Origin: Deltaproteobacteria bacterium
Lineage (GTDB): Bacteria > Myxococcota_A > UBA9160 > SZUA-336
Assembly (NCBI GenBank): GCA_019311115.1
Contig: JAFDDB010000003.1
Location: forward strand, 11,852-75,851
Direction: 5' to 3'
DNA: 64,000 nt
In this document: positions 60,889-64,000 of the stretch, piece after piece
Numbering within the stretch: position 1 is the first letter of the stretch
How the letters are laid out: each line of letters opens with the position of its first letter
Notes under the pieces: model-generated
Told to the model about the DNA's origin: nothing
The model's database searches: none
The model's input: the letters and a program-made list of their open reading frames with translations, nothing else
Program-made: the position numbers and the translations under genes

Positions 60889-62151
60889 TTGCCCGAACCT
60901 GGGGGCGATGAGTCGCGGCCCGGGTACGCGATGGCGGTCTGCGCCGCGATCGCCACGATCACCGTCGGGGCGCACGTCGCCACCGCGCTGATCTCGGCGC
61001 ACGGGGCCGGCGTCGGGCTCTCCGAGCTCGGCGCGTACTTCGACGGTCACCTCTACCTGGAGATCGCGCGCTCGTTCCCGCTTCCGTTCTCGCCGGACGG
61101 GCTCGACTACACCGGACAGGCCCCCGGCTACCCGGCGTTCGCATGGCTGCTCCGCGCGCTGCTTCCCGACGCCTGGATCGACTGGGGCGGCGTGCTGCTG
61201 CTGGCGTCGTGGCTGCCCGCGGGCGCGGCCACCGCGATCTTCTACGCGGTCTGCCGCGAGCTCGGCGCACCCGCACTCTGGCCGACGGCGCTGTTCGCGG
61301 TCGGCAACCCGCGCCTCTTCACCATGGCGGCCTCGTCGCACCCGGAGCCGCTGGCGCTCTGCCTGGCGCTGCTCGCCCTGCTCGCCTTCCTGCGCGGCCG
61401 CCTCGGCTGGTGCCTGGCCTGGATCACGCTGGCGGGCTTCACCCGCTTTGCGGCGTTCCTGGTGTTGGCGCCGCTGCTGGCCGCTACCGTGCTGCGCGAG
61501 CGCCGTCTCGATCTCCGCACGCTGGCGCTCTTCGCCATCCCGCCCGCGCTCTTCGCGCTCTACCTGGCCTACCTGCACGCCCGCGTGCCCGCCTTCGTCA
61601 GCGTCGCCGAGTCGCACCGGGTGTTCTGGCAGACGCACTTCACCTGGCCCTTCCGGGCGCTCGTCCGGAGCTTCGACTCCACGCTCTGGTCGAGCACGCA
61701 TCCGAGCTTCCAGCTGACCTACGCCTCGCTCGGGTTCTACCTGGCGATGCTCGGCGCCGGCGTCACGATGGCGCTGCGCTCGCGGCGGCCGGAGACGTGG
61801 CTGCTCACGCTGTGGATCGCCATCGTGCTGGGCGTACACGTGTCGCTGGCGGGGGTGCTGGGAGCCTGGGACTTCATGCGCCTCACCGCCCTCGCCTGGC
61901 CCGCCGCACTGCTCCTGCTCGCGGTCGCGGTCGGACGCGACCTGCCGCGCGGCGCCGCGGCCGCACTCACCGTCCTGCTGCTCTGCGGAAGCGGGCTCTA
62001 CGCCCGCGCGCAGATGACCGAGGCCGCGGCCTGGCAACGCGACTCGCAAGCCTGGTTCCTGCCCGAGACCCTCGCGACCCTGGACTCGAACGAACCGCGC
62101 TGGATCGACTTCCGGGCCCGGGCGGCGGCGACGTCTCGGGGCGAGCCCTAG
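60889..62151 (+). CDS. Polytopic membrane protein, GT-C (PIG-V/mannosyltransferase-like) glycosyltransferase
   Basis: FDGHLYLEIA loop (WD..Y..IA-like), PGYP, E.L, A.FTR; many TM helices. Confidence 0.6.
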   Translation: MPEPGGDESRPGYAMAVCAAIATITVGAHVATALISAHGAGVGLSELGAYFDGHLYLEIARSFPLPFSPDGLDYTGQAPGYPAFAWLLRALLPDAWIDWGGVLLLASWLPAGAATAIFYAVCRELGAPALWPTALFAVGNPRLFTMAASSHPEPLALCLALLALLAFLRGRLGWCLAWITLAGFTRFAAFLVLAPLLAATVLRERRLDLRTLALFAIPPALFALYLAYLHARVPAFVSVAESHRVFWQTHFTWPFRALVRSFDSTLWSSTHPSFQLTYASLGFYLAMLGAGVTMALRSRRPETWLLTLWIAIVLGVHVSLAGVLGAWDFMRLTALAWPAALLLLAVAVGRDLPRGAAAALTVLLLCGSGLYARAQMTEAAAWQRDSQAWFLPETLATLDSNEPRWIDFRARAAATSRGEP

Positions 62152-62591
62152 CCCTGGTGGGCTGGCTCCGAGGCCTCGAGCTGTCCGATCAGCTCGAGCA
62201 GCCTCTGGCGCTCGACCACGACGGTGAGCGCGGCCATCCCCGCCAGGCAGACGAGGCTCCCGATCATCACGCGCACGAGCAGGATCATCACGCCGGTGCT
62301 GAAGGCGAGGTTCCGCGTGACGCCCTCGTGCAGGATCTGCTCGACGTCGGTCTTCGGCTTGATGGCCTTGAGGATCGGCAGGTACGGACGGTACAGGTCG
62401 GCGAGCGCGGCGACCGGGCGGTCCCACGCCTGCTGCTCCCGCGGGTCGGCGCGCGGGTCGAACGTCTTGACCGCCCAGACGACGTAGGCGGCGCCGAGCA
62501 GGACGAGCACGATGCCGAGGCCGCTCGAGATGCGTTGGCCTCGCCTCAACCCCACGAGCCAGGTCGCCTGCTTCTCGGTCAGCTCAGCCAT
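62148..62591 (-). CDS. Hypothetical two-TM membrane protein
   Basis: ATG 62591 overlaps the upstream gene; two hydrophobic helices; coding codon bias. Confidence 0.7.
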   Translation of the reverse strand: MAELTEKQATWLVGLRRGQRISSGLGIVLVLLGAAYVVWAVKTFDPRADPREQQAWDRPVAALADLYRPYLPILKAIKPKTDVEQILHEGVTRNLAFSTGVMILLVRVMIGSLVCLAGMAALTVVVERQRLLELIGQLEASEPAHQG

Positions 62592-62928
62592 GCGCGCCGC
62601 GTCTCCACTGGTAGACCGCGAGGCGGATGCGCCCGCGGCCGTCGAACTCGATGCCTTCCTCTTCCAGCGCGGCCCGCTGCACCTCGTCGCCTCCCGGCCA
62701 GGTGCGCGGGCTGATTTCGCCCTTCGCGTTGACGACGCGCTGCCAGGGGACGTTTCGGTCGGCTGCGCGCTCTTCATTAAGCGAGTGCAGGGCGTAGCCG
62801 ACGAGGCGGGCGTGTCGCGGAAAGCCCGCGAGCCGCGCCACCTGGCCGTACGTGGCCACGCGCCCTCGGGGGATGCGCCGGACCACGGCGTAGACACGCC
62901 GGTAGGTGTCGGAACGCTCCGCGCTCAA
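62584..62928 (-). CDS. Alkyltransferase-like protein (MGMT family)
   Basis: IPRGRVATYGQVA, AR.VG, PWQRV (Trp in place of the catalytic Cys). Confidence 0.92.
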   Translation of the reverse strand: MSAERSDTYRRVYAVVRRIPRGRVATYGQVARLAGFPRHARLVGYALHSLNEERAADRNVPWQRVVNAKGEISPRTWPGGDEVQRAALEEEGIEFDGRGRIRLAVYQWRRGAHG

Positions 62929-63764
62929 GCGTACTTCTCGGCCCGCTCCAATGCCTCGGCGGCGCCGAGCAGTGAGACCATCTCGCCGAACGCGCGCGGA
63001 TCCTCGGCCGCTCGCACCGAGCCGGTCTCGTGCAGCTCGCGCATGGCGTCGCGCATCGCCAGGTATGCGACGCCCAGCGTGGCGATGTGGATCATCAGCT
63101 TGAAGCCGCGTTCCCCGATTGCGCCCGAGGGCTCGAGCTGGCCGTTGTACACGCAGGCCAGGTCGCCGAGCCGCTTCTGGTACTCGTCCAGGTCGGCCAC
63201 GGAGCGGATGCCGTCGACGAAGACGAGGTCGGCGCCCGCGTCGCTGTAGGCGCGCGCCCGCTTCTCGGCCTCGTCCCAGCCGTGCGGCTGGAGCGCGTCG
63301 GTGCGGGCGATGACGACGAAGTCCGGGTCTGCGCGCGCGTCGAGCGCGGCACGCAGCTTCGGCAGCATGTCGTCCATTGGAATGACTTCCTTACCCTGCA
63401 GGAAGCCGCAGCGCTTGGGCCAGACCTGGTCTTCGATGTGGAGCGCCGCCGCACCGGCGGACTCGTACTCGCCGACCGTGCGCGCCACGTTGAGCGCGTT
63501 GCCATAGCCGGTGTCCGCGTCGCAGATCACCGGGATGTCGACCGCACCCGCGATCGAGCGCGCGTTCGCGACCATCTCGGTCATCGTCAGCAGCCCGACG
63601 TCGGGGTAGCCGCGTGCGGCCGCCGTGCCGAAGCCCGTCATGTAGACGGCACTGAACCCCGCCTGCTCGGCCAGGCGCGCCTGCAGGCCGTCGAAGACGA
63701 AGGGCGCCATGACCATGCCGGGAGACTCCAGCGCCCGCCTCAGTACTCTCGTCGTCTCGCCCAT
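62925..63764 (-). CDS. Isocitrate lyase/PEP mutase superfamily enzyme (PrpB-like)
   Basis: D.DTGYG, HIEDQ..PKRCG, IARTD. Confidence 0.9.
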   Translation of the reverse strand: MGETTRVLRRALESPGMVMAPFVFDGLQARLAEQAGFSAVYMTGFGTAAARGYPDVGLLTMTEMVANARSIAGAVDIPVICDADTGYGNALNVARTVGEYESAGAAALHIEDQVWPKRCGFLQGKEVIPMDDMLPKLRAALDARADPDFVVIARTDALQPHGWDEAEKRARAYSDAGADLVFVDGIRSVADLDEYQKRLGDLACVYNGQLEPSGAIGERGFKLMIHIATLGVAYLAMRDAMRELHETGSVRAAEDPRAFGEMVSLLGAAEALERAEKYA

Positions 63765-63833
63765 CTACCCGCCACTCCTGTGCTTTCTTCGGGCCGTTCG
63801 AAGCGCCGCGAGTCTAGCGCGGGGCCATGATTC

Positions 63834-63858
63834 AAATCTTGACAGATCAGTACAGTTT
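63834..63858 (+). promoter_or_regulatory. Promoter -35 (TTGACA) within an imperfect palindrome; candidate Rrf2/IscR-type site
   Basis: aaatcTTGACAgatcagtacagttt, an AT-rich island upstream of the mrp-like gene. Confidence 0.5.
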
Positions 63859-63892
63859 GCGACCCTGCTCCGCGCAACACGCTGAGGAGACC

Positions 63893-64000
63893 ATGAGCAT
63901 ATCCCCCGATGCCGTTCTCGACGCACTCCGTCCGATCGAGGACCCCGACTTCAAGCGCTCGATCGTCGACCTGGGCTTCGTCAAGGACATCTCCATCGAA
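63893..64000 (+). CDS. Mrp/ApbC Fe-S carrier or DUF59 protein (partial, N-terminus only)
   Basis: GAGGAG RBS; MSISPDAVLDALRPIEDPDFKRSIVDLGFVKDI is a DUF59 N-terminal domain. Confidence 0.8.
   Translation, partial: MSISPDAVLDALRPIEDPDFKRSIVDLGFVKDISIE

Overview
Very GC-rich (about 70%), gene-dense bacterial chromosome segment. Gene content suggests Myxococcota or a related deltaproteobacterial lineage (inference). It carries about 60 CDSs. I saw no rRNA, tRNA, CRISPR array, transposase or phage genes. Main content: partial aconitase; ethylmalonyl-CoA mutase (ecm/meaA) with meaB and a nearby PduO-type B12 adenosyltransferase; modABC; fused otsAB; a 1703-aa single-chain biotin carboxylase; an alternative complex III operon (actABCDEF); cstA; rpiB, fbaB and pyk; a sulfite reductase hemoprotein; and many fatty-acid or xenobiotic catabolic enzymes. 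Best leads: (1) a divergent crotonyl-CoA carboxylase/reductase-like enzyme with a near-consensus FadR box, in the same window as ecm, meaB and pduO; (2) a ~120-nt structured intergenic element upstream of acnA; (3) a 76-aa metallothionein-like gene divergent from the B12 adenosyltransferase; (4) a recurring TAnnnT-N6-9-start pattern suggesting many leaderless mRNAs; (5) an ActB that keeps the N-terminal FS0 cysteine motif. All product calls come from motif recognition by eye, without database searches. Several starts were moved from the ORF track.
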